A stretch of DNA of 37,436 nt, taken from positions 1 through 37,436 of the IMG/VR virus record IMGVR_UViG_3300033485_000046, one strand, 5' to 3'. Of this stretch, positions 6,562-14,898 are shown piece after piece (the first letter of the stretch is position 1; every line of letters starts with the position of its first letter). Made by a program: the position numbers and the translations under genes. This DNA is from a virus (taxonomy: Duplodnaviria > Caudoviricetes). Below the pieces are notes generated by a model that worked only from the letters and a program-made list of their open reading frames with translations, was not told the origin of the DNA and ran no database searches.

Positions 6562-6800
6562 CGCGGCACCCCGAAGAAATCTAGAGGAACACCGACGCGG
6601 CCATCGGCTTCGACTTGGGCTCTGATGGTCGCCAGCAACGTCAAGGCACCCCGACACCATTCCTCGGGTGATTGAGGGGCAAAATCAGCGCGGACCGTCG
6701 CATCGAACTGGGCACCTGTGATGTCAGGTCGGAGGACGAGGGCTGCCTTCCGGGTTTGGACGTATTGTATGCGTCGAAGTTCTAGCGTTAGTTGGTCCAT
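6558..6800 (-). CDS. Hypothetical protein (80 aa, MDQLTLEL...), paralog of 4377-4574
   Basis: Coupled to the next gene; shares the Y...R..A...A.FD..VRA..AP..P..W...A pattern. Confidence 0.7.
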   Translation of the reverse strand: MDQLTLELRRIQYVQTRKAALVLRPDITGAQFDATVRADFAPQSPEEWCRGALTLLATIRAQVEADGRVGVPLDFFGVPR

Positions 6801-6829
6801 TGTATTACTCGCTTTCAAGGGGAAGATTG

Positions 6830-7240
6830 TTACTCGAGGACACCAGCATCTACGAGCGCTTGTAGGTACGTGGTTTCGTCCGTCGACTTGAAGTCCACTT
6901 TAACCTTGTGTTGCCCAGAGAGCGTGCGGAGAAGGATCAGGCGTTGCTTGGGTGAGGCACGGTTATATTGCTTTGTCGACACATTGAACACAATCGACTC
7001 GACGAGTTCCTTAAACGAATCCTTGACCCGGCTCATGTCGATGGCTTTGATGAGTTGGCGGTCGTATTCGAAAGGTCGCTTGAGGGAACGGTCAACTGTG
7101 CCAGGTGACCCTAAAACTACTGACAGATAGGGTTTGGCACTTCCCTCAAGTTCCGTAAGACGCCCCAACGCTTGCGCGTGGTCGCCTTGCAGTGTATGGA
7201 GTCTGGCGCGTAGAATTTCGATTTCTTGATCAGGTGTCAT
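6830..7240 (-). CDS. Hypothetical protein with N-terminal coiled coil (136 aa)
   Basis: AAGGA SD; downstream of putative promoter 7259-7288. Confidence 0.75.
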   Translation of the reverse strand: MTPDQEIEILRARLHTLQGDHAQALGRLTELEGSAKPYLSVVLGSPGTVDRSLKRPFEYDRQLIKAIDMSRVKDSFKELVESIVFNVSTKQYNRASPKQRLILLRTLSGQHKVKVDFKSTDETTYLQALVDAGVLE

Positions 7241-7258
7241 TGGAGTTTCCTTTGAGCC

Positions 7259-7288
7259 GACCTACCACAGATGTAGAGTCCGTGGCAA
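7259..7288 (-). promoter_or_regulatory. Putative early promoter
   Basis: TTGCCA-N18-TAGGTC with TG extension. Confidence 0.45.
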
Positions 7289-7298
7289 GTCGAAATCG

Positions 7299-9317
7299 TT
7301 AGTTGGCAAGCGGGGCTTGTGTCTCGCCTGGTAGGTCGCCAATAGTCAACCCGTAGCTGATAGTCGAAGCCTTATGCTTTTGAACCAACCCGCCTAGTTC
7401 CTTGCAGAACTTGGTGAATGTTGGCATGAGGGTTCTGCGATTCATTCTCTGGAACCAGCCGCAAAACGAGTCGTAGAGTTGTTGGGCAGAGGTCTTCCCG
7501 CCCACCGTGCATCGGTCGGCAATCCATTCTTCGATGATAGTCTTTGCTCGGAGTTCGGTGTGTTGGATCTTACGGAGTTCGGCAAGGTAGACTTGAATCG
7601 GACACACGTCAGTTTGCGACACCGATTGCCACAATGCCGCATAGTCGATTGAATTGATGACTGCGTAGTCTGCTTGAGATTGAACATGGGCATTGATCTG
7701 CCAGAAGCGGCGGGCAGATGTCGGATCATTGATGAGTTCGTTGACGGGAACGTTCGAGCCGCCGATGAATGTCGCATTGTTCGGAGGGGCTCCGTTCGAC
7801 CGGTTGCTGCCTAGGACTCGGGCGGAAGCGCGCTCCATCGTAATTGCATTCTTGATACATGCGACGTCTGCCGTTGTCGACTTGCCCATTTCATCGAAGA
7901 ACATGACGTAATTCCGCTCAAGACGGAAGAACTGACGTTCGTCTGCGAGGATGTCAAATGACCCTGGTGTGTCACAAACCTCACCAAGAGGGCGAATAAG
8001 AGCCTTAATTGACTCGGACTTTCCACCTCCGGTTGCACCGAAGACGATTGGCATCATGTGTTCGCGGACGGGAAGCCCGCTCATCTTTCTCTTGACCTGC
8101 CAAACGAAGTGCTTGATGACAGCCAAGTCAAGCGGGCGGATATCTCCTGTCACCGCTTGAACCCATCGACGAAGGTGAGAATCGTCGGGGGCGGCTCCTA
8201 CTGGGCGAGTCAGAGCTTCTAGGGTAGACTGGCGAGTCTCGATGTCCTTCTGTTTGCGGTATACATTCCAAGCCGCCTTGATCGGGACCGACTTGACTTG
8301 AGCGACGGAATATTTGATAGCGTCAAGTAGGATGATATCTTGCAGTTCATCCGAGCTAATAGTAGCTCCGTCCTTAATTACGCCTTCAGCCCTGTAGCTG
8401 TATTTGTAGCCACCTTCGTCGATGAACTTAGAGACATGGGCTAGAACATCTGTACCAGAGAAGGGAACCTCTGTAATCTTGCCAGCTTGTTGTGCCTTGT
8501 CGGCCCACGCCTTCCCCTTCTTGCCGTTGCCGAACCACATTTGGCCGTAGCGAGCGAGTAGGGCTGAGTCGACACGGTAGCGGGCCTCGAGAAGTGTATT
8601 GGGGTTCGAAGGAAGCGCAGCGGACAGAAGCTTCTTGGTCGCGTCTTGGCCGGTGACCGCTAGGACGTCATCGATCCCCTTCGGACCGTTTGCAAGCGGG
8701 ACCCACGAAACCGTTTTGCCAGATGCTACAAGCGCCTTAGCGAGTCGAACCAATTCGGCAAGCGAGTCCTTCTTAGGGTTGTTGATGTCGTTGTCATATA
8801 CGATGCAGACTCCACTGACAGGCTTGAGCAAGTCGACCAAGTCAGTCTTGAGCGAGCGGACTCCGTCATTGTCTTGGGACCAACTGGAGACACCGGTCAG
8901 GCCTAGGGCTTCGAATCCTAGCATTGCAACGGCTTCTGCCTTCTTCTCGCCTTCACAGAGATAGACTGTCGATGTCGGCCCGAACTGATTAGCGTCTACA
9001 TTGCATGGGATGTATGGCGGGAGAATGGTGTTGCGGCCCTGTGAGTACTTCTGGTGACACTCTTTACCGTCACGCTCATACGTATTTTCTTTGTCGAGCC
9101 GAATCCGGTAACCTCGAACCTCTGTGTTGGCGCCAACTGGCATTTCAAAGGGGATAGCCAGACCAGACGATGACCTTGAATTCGAGTCATCTTGACCGAC
9201 AAGTTCGGTCGCCTCTTTGGTGTCGACCGACTTCCAGCCGAAATCGACCATAAGTTGAATGTGTTCTGATGTAAGGCCAGAAGCCTCTAGTTGTGCAATG
9301 TGGGAGTCGTTAAGCAT
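7299..9317 (-). CDS. Primase-helicase: DUF3854/Toprim-like N-terminus plus VapE/VirE-type P-loop ATPase and probable winged-helix C-terminus
   Basis: CEGEKKAEA..GLTGV.SW, IVYDND and KGIDD Toprim motifs; Walker A GATGGGKS, Walker B MFFDE, FIGGSN...DPTSARRFW. Confidence 0.9.
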   Translation of the reverse strand: MLNDSHIAQLEASGLTSEHIQLMVDFGWKSVDTKEATELVGQDDSNSRSSSGLAIPFEMPVGANTEVRGYRIRLDKENTYERDGKECHQKYSQGRNTILPPYIPCNVDANQFGPTSTVYLCEGEKKAEAVAMLGFEALGLTGVSSWSQDNDGVRSLKTDLVDLLKPVSGVCIVYDNDINNPKKDSLAELVRLAKALVASGKTVSWVPLANGPKGIDDVLAVTGQDATKKLLSAALPSNPNTLLEARYRVDSALLARYGQMWFGNGKKGKAWADKAQQAGKITEVPFSGTDVLAHVSKFIDEGGYKYSYRAEGVIKDGATISSDELQDIILLDAIKYSVAQVKSVPIKAAWNVYRKQKDIETRQSTLEALTRPVGAAPDDSHLRRWVQAVTGDIRPLDLAVIKHFVWQVKRKMSGLPVREHMMPIVFGATGGGKSESIKALIRPLGEVCDTPGSFDILADERQFFRLERNYVMFFDEMGKSTTADVACIKNAITMERASARVLGSNRSNGAPPNNATFIGGSNVPVNELINDPTSARRFWQINAHVQSQADYAVINSIDYAALWQSVSQTDVCPIQVYLAELRKIQHTELRAKTIIEEWIADRCTVGGKTSAQQLYDSFCGWFQRMNRRTLMPTFTKFCKELGGLVQKHKASTISYGLTIGDLPGETQAPLAN

Positions 9318-9326
9318 TGTAGTCTA

Positions 9327-9430
9327 CCTTTCCATCGGACCGCTTCTGACGGTCCTCCTTTCCGACTCCTGAAAAAGAAGGCGGCTACCGGGCGTCAGAA
9401 GTGGGAAAGGAGTTACCCCGCCCGGTAGCC
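9327..9430 (-). promoter_or_regulatory. Structured 5' leader of the primase gene (attenuator/antisense-like)
   Basis: 12-bp perfect stem (9419-9430/9383-9394) plus U-rich tail; the loop is complementary to two downstream 9-nt boxes and to the SD. Confidence 0.55.
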
Positions 9431-9589
9431 TGCACCCATGTCTAGATGCTCGCCTATGAAGTTGTCCGCTACCAACCCCGCCTACAAGATGAACGATTGC
9501 GGTCCGTAAAATGATGGTCTCATAAGTCAAGGCTACTTTTGACCATTTTGAGGCTCTATAAAGACAGAGTGGGCAGAAGATTGCTCACT

Positions 9590-9955
9590 AATCGTAAGTG
9601 CCTGATATTACGTCATAGAATGGCAGGGAGGGAGGGAGGGTTGTTCTGCCGTTTTCCATCGGACTTCGGGCGCTAGCCATTGGTTGTCTTCGTTGTAAGG
9701 TCACTTTGTATATGTTGACGGGCGCTAGCCATGATGGAAGTCAAGACGTAGGGAGGGTTGGGAGGGTGGTTTGAGGGAAAAATGAAAACCTCCCTAATCG
9801 CAATACACGTCTAAATGCATGAAACGACTTAGGAAAGTATGATGTTAGGGAGGGATGGGAGGGTTGGGAGGGTTTTTCGAGGTCTTTCGGATTTTTCACG
9901 AAGAAAATAAAACGTAGAAAAACGAGCGACGATGGGAGGTCATCCCTCCCTACTG
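9590..9955. other. Putative replication origin with GGGAGGG repeats
   Basis: Non-coding, between divergent arms, next to the primase-helicase; GGGAGGG clusters at 9626-9640, 9751-9766 and 9848-9872, inverted copies near 9789 and 9944, A-rich tract 9901-9922, CGGGCGCTAGCCAT twice. Confidence 0.65.
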
Positions 9956-10133
9956 ATCTGTGACCCTCTCAAGTCAGACATCTGTGTTTCCGAAATGTAT
10001 GCAAGCGTGGTGGAAGTGTAGACATTTTGTAACGCGAGCCCACTCCCCATTCAGGCAGTAGACTTCCGAACTTAGATTTTGGGCACCTCAACCCTTAGAG
10101 GGTAGCCGAGAAACCACAGCCGTAGGAGTCACC

Positions 10134-10697
10134 ATGGACATGTCACAGTATCTACTCACCACCCACCAAATCGAAAACCCCGCCGAGTTCGTCGAAGCCG
10201 CTGTAGAGGCCTTCGCCGACGCCCGTAACGCCCGCCTAGAGTCCACCCCCTCATCTTCCCCCACCGGGCAAGAGAAAGTCGCTCCAGTCCCCGCCCAGGA
10301 CGCCAAGCGGTGCCCTAGGTGCCAGACCATCACGGCCAACTTCGGTAAGGGGAGGTGGATTTGCCGCCCGTGCTACTCCAGGTTGGTCAATGCCAAGCAG
10401 CGCCAAGGCGCCAAGCCCACAGTCTACGCACTAGTCGATGGCCAGACAATCATCTATGTAGGTTCCACGACCCTCAACCTGGCATCTAGACTTACAGCCC
10501 ACAAATCCGCCGCCAACCAGGGCCGAACTCAACTTATCGCTAGGCACCTCAGGACAGTCAACCTCGACGATGTCTCGATTGTTTCCCTGGAAACCCTGCC
10601 CGGCGCCACCACGCAAACACTCCACTACTGTGAGCGAAAATGGGTGGAATGTCTATCCAAGACCACGAAACTCTACCAGAGTCAATACCTGAAGTGA
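10134..10697 (+). CDS. GIY-YIG endonuclease with N-terminal CxxC..CxxC zinc finger
   Basis: CPRC...CRPC, then VYALVDGQTIIYVGST...RLTAH and a conserved Glu (CERKWV); AGGAG SD. Confidence 0.8.
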   Translation: MDMSQYLLTTHQIENPAEFVEAAVEAFADARNARLESTPSSSPTGQEKVAPVPAQDAKRCPRCQTITANFGKGRWICRPCYSRLVNAKQRQGAKPTVYALVDGQTIIYVGSTTLNLASRLTAHKSAANQGRTQLIARHLRTVNLDDVSIVSLETLPGATTQTLHYCERKWVECLSKTTKLYQSQYLK

Positions 10698-10699
10698 TA

Positions 10700-10708
10700 T
10701 GGTATAAT
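10700..10708 (+). promoter_or_regulatory. Extended -10 promoter driving the sigma-factor operon
   Basis: Perfect TGgTATAAT. Confidence 0.7.
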
Positions 10709-10725
10709 AGCCATAAGGAGACACA

Positions 10726-10815
10726 ATGACGCCAAATGAAACCAAGACAGTAATCGAACTTCTAACCCAAATCCTGGCCCAACTCGAGAAACTCAATCAG
10801 AAGAAGGCCAAGTAA
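10726..10815 (+). CDS. 29-aa peptide MTPNETKTVIELLTQILAQLEKLNQKKAK
   Basis: Strong AAGGAG SD; TAATG overlap with the sigma gene; amphipathic helix. Confidence 0.7.
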   Translation: MTPNETKTVIELLTQILAQLEKLNQKKAK

Positions 10816-11309
10816 TGCGACTAACAAAAGACCAGCAGGACCTCGTGACCTCCCACCTTCACATCGCCAAGAGGGTCGCCCAGAAGTTCGCGACCAAGCA
10901 ACCACACGTACCGTACGAGGACCTCTACTCTATCTGTCTAGAGAGTCTCTGCATCGCAGCATCGAAGTACCAGCCTGGCACCACGTATGCCAAACAAGCC
11001 CGCCTAACGGCTAACTGTGATGTGTTGAATTATCTCCAGAAGGAAAATGGTCGACGAGCCCACGAGACCCTAGCCCCACAAGAAGACGAGGACTCGGAGG
11101 ATAGCTCGATGTACGAGCCATCAAGCAGCCTAGAGTCACCAGAGGCCCTCTACGCCGTCAAAGAGTACCTCGATACCCTGTCGGAAGAGGAGCTCGCTAT
11201 TCTAGACCTCGCGAACGATGGGTACTCTGATACAGCTATCGGGTATATTGCGGCGCGCTTCCGTCATACGGTCCGTGGTCGCAGGGTCGCGCTGGGTAGT
11301 AGGCTGTAG
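10815..11309 (+). CDS. Phage-encoded sigma70-family factor (regions 2 and 4)
   Basis: LVTSHLHIAKRVAQKF...YEDLYS..LESLCIAASKY (region 2); YLDTLSEEELAILDL..DGYSDTAIG....HTV (region 4 HTH). Confidence 0.82.
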   Translation: MRLTKDQQDLVTSHLHIAKRVAQKFATKQPHVPYEDLYSICLESLCIAASKYQPGTTYAKQARLTANCDVLNYLQKENGRRAHETLAPQEDEDSEDSSMYEPSSSLESPEALYAVKEYLDTLSEEELAILDLANDGYSDTAIGYIAARFRHTVRGRRVALGSRL

Positions 11310-11316
11310 ATTTATC

Positions 11317-11342
11317 GTCCAGTCGGCGGGCCTGGCCGGTAA
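11317..11342 (+). promoter_or_regulatory. Putative late promoter GTCC-N16-CGGTAA (packaging module)
   Basis: One of four identically spaced intergenic copies; ATG 8 nt downstream. Confidence 0.75.
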
Positions 11343-11350
11343 TCAGTAGT

Positions 11351-11767
11351 ATGTCTACAGACAAAGCGATAGAAAGCGGTGTGACCAGGGATGAACGTGG
11401 GTTCTTCTTGCCGGGCAAGGCACCAAAGAGCCCAGGTGCCCCCAAGCAGAGCGAAGACCAGAAGAAGGCCCGTAGAGCCATCAAGAAGGCGCTCGCCCCA
11501 CTACAGGGCACCCTGCTAGAGCAGTTTAATCAGCTCATTACACAATCAATCCCGAGACTCCAAGCCATCTTGCTCGACCCACAGACACCACCTAATCAAA
11601 TCGTCGGAGTCCTCGAGTTTGTTGCTCAGTACACGCTTGGAAAACCGACGGCCAAGAGCGAGGTTGTCCAGACAGTTTCGGTGTCCAACATCGACCCGTC
11701 CAAGTTGTCGCCAGAAGAAATTAAGTTGATGCTCGAACTCGACTCCAAGCTGCAAGGCACCCTATGA
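11351..11767 (+). CDS. Terminase small subunit (putative)
   Basis: RDERGFFLPG..P.G.PK N-terminal motif; position upstream of the large subunit. Confidence 0.7.
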   Translation: MSTDKAIESGVTRDERGFFLPGKAPKSPGAPKQSEDQKKARRAIKKALAPLQGTLLEQFNQLITQSIPRLQAILLDPQTPPNQIVGVLEFVAQYTLGKPTAKSEVVQTVSVSNIDPSKLSPEEIKLMLELDSKLQGTL

Positions 11768-12045
11768 CGCCATCTCAGATAAATCAGTGTGTAGAGTTAA
11801 TGAGCTCCGTAGCACCTCTCCTAAAGGTCCAATTCTCGGATGACGTGGTTGTGGGACTCATGCGATGTCTACTGTCTATATATAATATAGACTCGGAACT
11901 AGCTAGAGACTTCGCCGATAAAATCGGTATGAGGGAACTGCTGGAGAAGATTTTGATTTCCCCCGCCATCGCACAAACCTACTTCAAAATGGGTGGCTAT
12001 GGCGACATGACTTTTGATGATTTTCTATCAGCCCAATTCGCGTAA
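11764..12045 (+). CDS. Hypothetical protein (93 aa)
   Basis: ATGA and TAATG overlaps with both terminase genes. Confidence 0.7.
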   Translation: MTPSQINQCVELMSSVAPLLKVQFSDDVVVGLMRCLLSIYNIDSELARDFADKIGMRELLEKILISPAIAQTYFKMGGYGDMTFDDFLSAQFA

Positions 12046-13526
12046 TGCGTCCACTGTCTCCACAAGACCGCCTCAAGCTCGAAAGCTCCCTCTACAGGCG
12101 GGACTTCTCGAGTTTCGTTCGTGCCGCTTGGCCGTATATTTGCTCTGATGAGATGACATGGGAGCTTCCTCAGCAAGCCATTACCACACACCTGCAAGCT
12201 GTCTCTGAAGGAGATCTCGGCTCTCAGTGCAACCTGGTCATCAACGTCGCACCTTCAAGCTCCAAGACCAACCTAGTCAACATCCTCTGGCCTGCATGGG
12301 TATGGACAAGAGATCCTGGTCACGTCTTCATCTGTGTAGCCCACGGGATCGACGCGACAACGAAGCCGGCCAACCTGTTCCTCAACCTGGTTGCATCAAA
12401 CTGGTACCAAGAGCACTTCCCTGAAGTCGTCATCCCCACAGGCGCGGGTGCCTCTACCTCCAAGTCGGATATCCGCAACACTGCTACTGGCGAGCGAATG
12501 GCCTTTAGCCCCGGCCAGAAGGTGACCGGTCAGCATGCCCATACAATCCTTGTCGACGACATCTGTGACAGTAAAGACATTTCTAGATCAGTTATTTCCG
12601 ACGCTAATACCTGGTTCGTCAAGACACTCTCATCCCGTGTTAAGCAGCCGACCAAGCGGAACTTCGTTGTAGTGGCACAAAGAATCGCGATGAATGACCT
12701 GCCATCAAAACTCATAGGCGACCCGACTGTCATTGGTCCAGTCACCCATCTGTGCATTCCAGAGATTCTCGAGACTCCACCTTGTGTCACGCTGAAAGCC
12801 GATGGAACTGAACTGTGGCGCGATCCACGAAGCCCGGGCGAGCTTGCGGCTCCGATCCGTCGCCCGCTAGACATCGTTACGCGTATCAAGAACAACCCCG
12901 AGTTCGACTGGCAAGGACAATATCAGCAAAACCCCTGCCCATCGCAAGGGAACCTATGTTTATCGGAGTATCTTAGCCATACGTATACATCAGCAGACTT
13001 GCCAGGAAGATGGGATAAACTCGGCGTCTTCGTAGATTCGAGCTTTGGCATTACGGATCCGACTGTTGCCATCGTAGTTGGCTTGAAGGGCCCTAAATTG
13101 TATTTCCTCGATCTCATCCGAGAAGTCCTACAGTACCCACAACTCGAAATCATGTTGGCCGGATTGAACCACAAATGGCGACCTCTAGAGATTTGCATCG
13201 AAGATTCGCCAGCCGGTAAGCACATCATTCAAGGGCTGCGCTCCAAGCTGTCGAACATCATCGCCCTACCAACTGGCGGCAAGAGCAAACTCGATCGATT
13301 TAGGCCTGCCCTAGGCCCTCTGGCGGGTGCTTCCGTCCTACTCCCCGAATACGCGCCTTGGGTGGCCGGTTTCAAGACCGAACTCTTGGCTTTCAAAGGC
13401 GACAACAAAGGTCACGACGATCAGGTCGATGCTACGGCATACGCAATCAATCGCTACCTCGTCACCAGTGGTCCGAGCACCCACGCAATCTTGACTGGGT
13501 ACCTAAACGCAGCAAAACGAATGTAA
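12045..13526 (+). CDS. terL: Terminase large subunit
   Basis: LVINVAPSSSKT Walker A, ILVDD Walker B, GQYQQNP, VFVDSS, CIED and HDDQVDA nuclease motifs. Confidence 0.93.
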   Translation: MRPLSPQDRLKLESSLYRRDFSSFVRAAWPYICSDEMTWELPQQAITTHLQAVSEGDLGSQCNLVINVAPSSSKTNLVNILWPAWVWTRDPGHVFICVAHGIDATTKPANLFLNLVASNWYQEHFPEVVIPTGAGASTSKSDIRNTATGERMAFSPGQKVTGQHAHTILVDDICDSKDISRSVISDANTWFVKTLSSRVKQPTKRNFVVVAQRIAMNDLPSKLIGDPTVIGPVTHLCIPEILETPPCVTLKADGTELWRDPRSPGELAAPIRRPLDIVTRIKNNPEFDWQGQYQQNPCPSQGNLCLSEYLSHTYTSADLPGRWDKLGVFVDSSFGITDPTVAIVVGLKGPKLYFLDLIREVLQYPQLEIMLAGLNHKWRPLEICIEDSPAGKHIIQGLRSKLSNIIALPTGGKSKLDRFRPALGPLAGASVLLPEYAPWVAGFKTELLAFKGDNKGHDDQVDATAYAINRYLVTSGPSTHAILTGYLNAAKRM

Positions 13527-13560
13527 CCCCGTAGCACCGTAACACCGAAAGAAGGACACA

Positions 13561-14898
13561 ATGTCGCAAAACAAATACACTAAGTTCTGTAAAGCGAAGT
13601 TGGATGCATGGGTCAGCACACTCACGGGTAGTGGTACAAGTGCTGATAAGTCAGCATCATTCCAGGCATATGCCTATATCATGAGCCCGACTACAGCGAA
13701 GAACCTGTACCGGGCGTCTGCAACGGCCAAGGTGATTGTAGACACGCCAGCCGAGGAAGCATGTCGTGCTGGATTCGAAGTCCAAATCGCATCCGACCCT
13801 AAGCTCGCGGCCAGTCTCCAGTCGAAGATGGAGACCCTGAAGGCGCCAGAAGCCCTCCAAGAAGCCCTCAGGCTCGCCCGTGTCTGCGGCGGTTCCCTCG
13901 TCTATATGTGCACCGACGATGCTGATCCAGCCAAGCCACTCACCCCGAAGTCCAAAGTCAAGGGCCTAAAGGTGTTCGGCGCTGGCGACGTCCTAGCCAC
14001 TCAGGAGTATACATCAAGCCTTGACAGCCCCAACTTCGCCCTGCCCGCCTACTATTCCATCACAGCAGTTCTACCCGGTGTCTCCCTCAATATGGATCGC
14101 GTCCATTACACCAGGTTCCTTCGCATGGCTGCGCCCAGCGTCGACTTCAACGATCTGCTTCGTCGCCAGGGCTTCGGGCCTTCCGCCCTCGAAGGCCTTA
14201 AGGATTCCATCCAAGCATACGACACAGCTTGCCAGTCGGCTGGTACGTTGATGGTCGATGTCTCTGTTGGCACTCTGTCTATAACTGGCCTGAATGAGGC
14301 GATGTCACACGTCACCGAAGTCAACACTGATGGAATCGACCTCATCCGTGCCCGTCTCCAAATGCTAGATAAGACACGCTCAGTTCATCATAGTGTCGTT
14401 CTCGATGCTGGCGATGGAACCAAACCGGCCGAGACATTCACTCGTGTAGCAACTCCACTGACTGGCATTCCAGAGACGCTCGACCGACTTGCCCAGAAAG
14501 TCTCTCAGGACTCGCGGATTCCACTCAGCATCCTCCAAGGTACGGGTGCCACGGGCCTCCTCAACAACGGGAGTGCTTCCGAGAAGGCATTCCAGGCGTA
14601 TTGCCAGACCATCCAAGTCCAATACCTTCGCCCTTGCATTGAGCGATTGGTGGTCGCATTGACTGGCAATCTCGAGCCTGACGCGTACAACGTCGTCTTC
14701 AAGCCCCTGGCCGTCCCTTCGAACAAAGAGATCGCAGAGACGAACAACATCCAAGCGACTGCAGACTGCGCCTATGTCCAGGCAGGTATCTTGACGGCAG
14801 AAGAAGTCCGGGCTTCGAGGTTCGGCGACAAGGCGTCGCTGGCTACCACTGTTGAGGATGTAGAGCTTCCAGAGACCGAGACAGAAGAGACAGAATAA
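13561..14898 (+). CDS. Portal protein (DUF1073-like)
   Basis: Follows TerL; LYR...AKVIVD.PAEEA.RAG, ARVCGG, PNFALP.YY, RVHYTR, IPLSILQG motifs. Confidence 0.88.
   Translation: MSQNKYTKFCKAKLDAWVSTLTGSGTSADKSASFQAYAYIMSPTTAKNLYRASATAKVIVDTPAEEACRAGFEVQIASDPKLAASLQSKMETLKAPEALQEALRLARVCGGSLVYMCTDDADPAKPLTPKSKVKGLKVFGAGDVLATQEYTSSLDSPNFALPAYYSITAVLPGVSLNMDRVHYTRFLRMAAPSVDFNDLLRRQGFGPSALEGLKDSIQAYDTACQSAGTLMVDVSVGTLSITGLNEAMSHVTEVNTDGIDLIRARLQMLDKTRSVHHSVVLDAGDGTKPAETFTRVATPLTGIPETLDRLAQKVSQDSRIPLSILQGTGATGLLNNGSASEKAFQAYCQTIQVQYLRPCIERLVVALTGNLEPDAYNVVFKPLAVPSNKEIAETNNIQATADCAYVQAGILTAEEVRASRFGDKASLATTVEDVELPETETEETE

Noticed and set aside
9324-9530. 68-aa ORF upstream of the primase
   Set aside because: TTG start, no SD, and it overlaps the structured leader; a leader peptide cannot be fully excluded.
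12232-12270. Degenerate terminase Walker A (VAPSSSKT) as a sign of inactivity
   Set aside because: Deviant P-loops are common in terminases and all other ATPase and nuclease motifs are intact.
13561-14898. Anti-CBASS Acb1 annotation sometimes attached to this portal family
   Set aside because: No 2H-phosphodiesterase HxT/S pair or extra domain is visible; size and synteny fit a plain portal.
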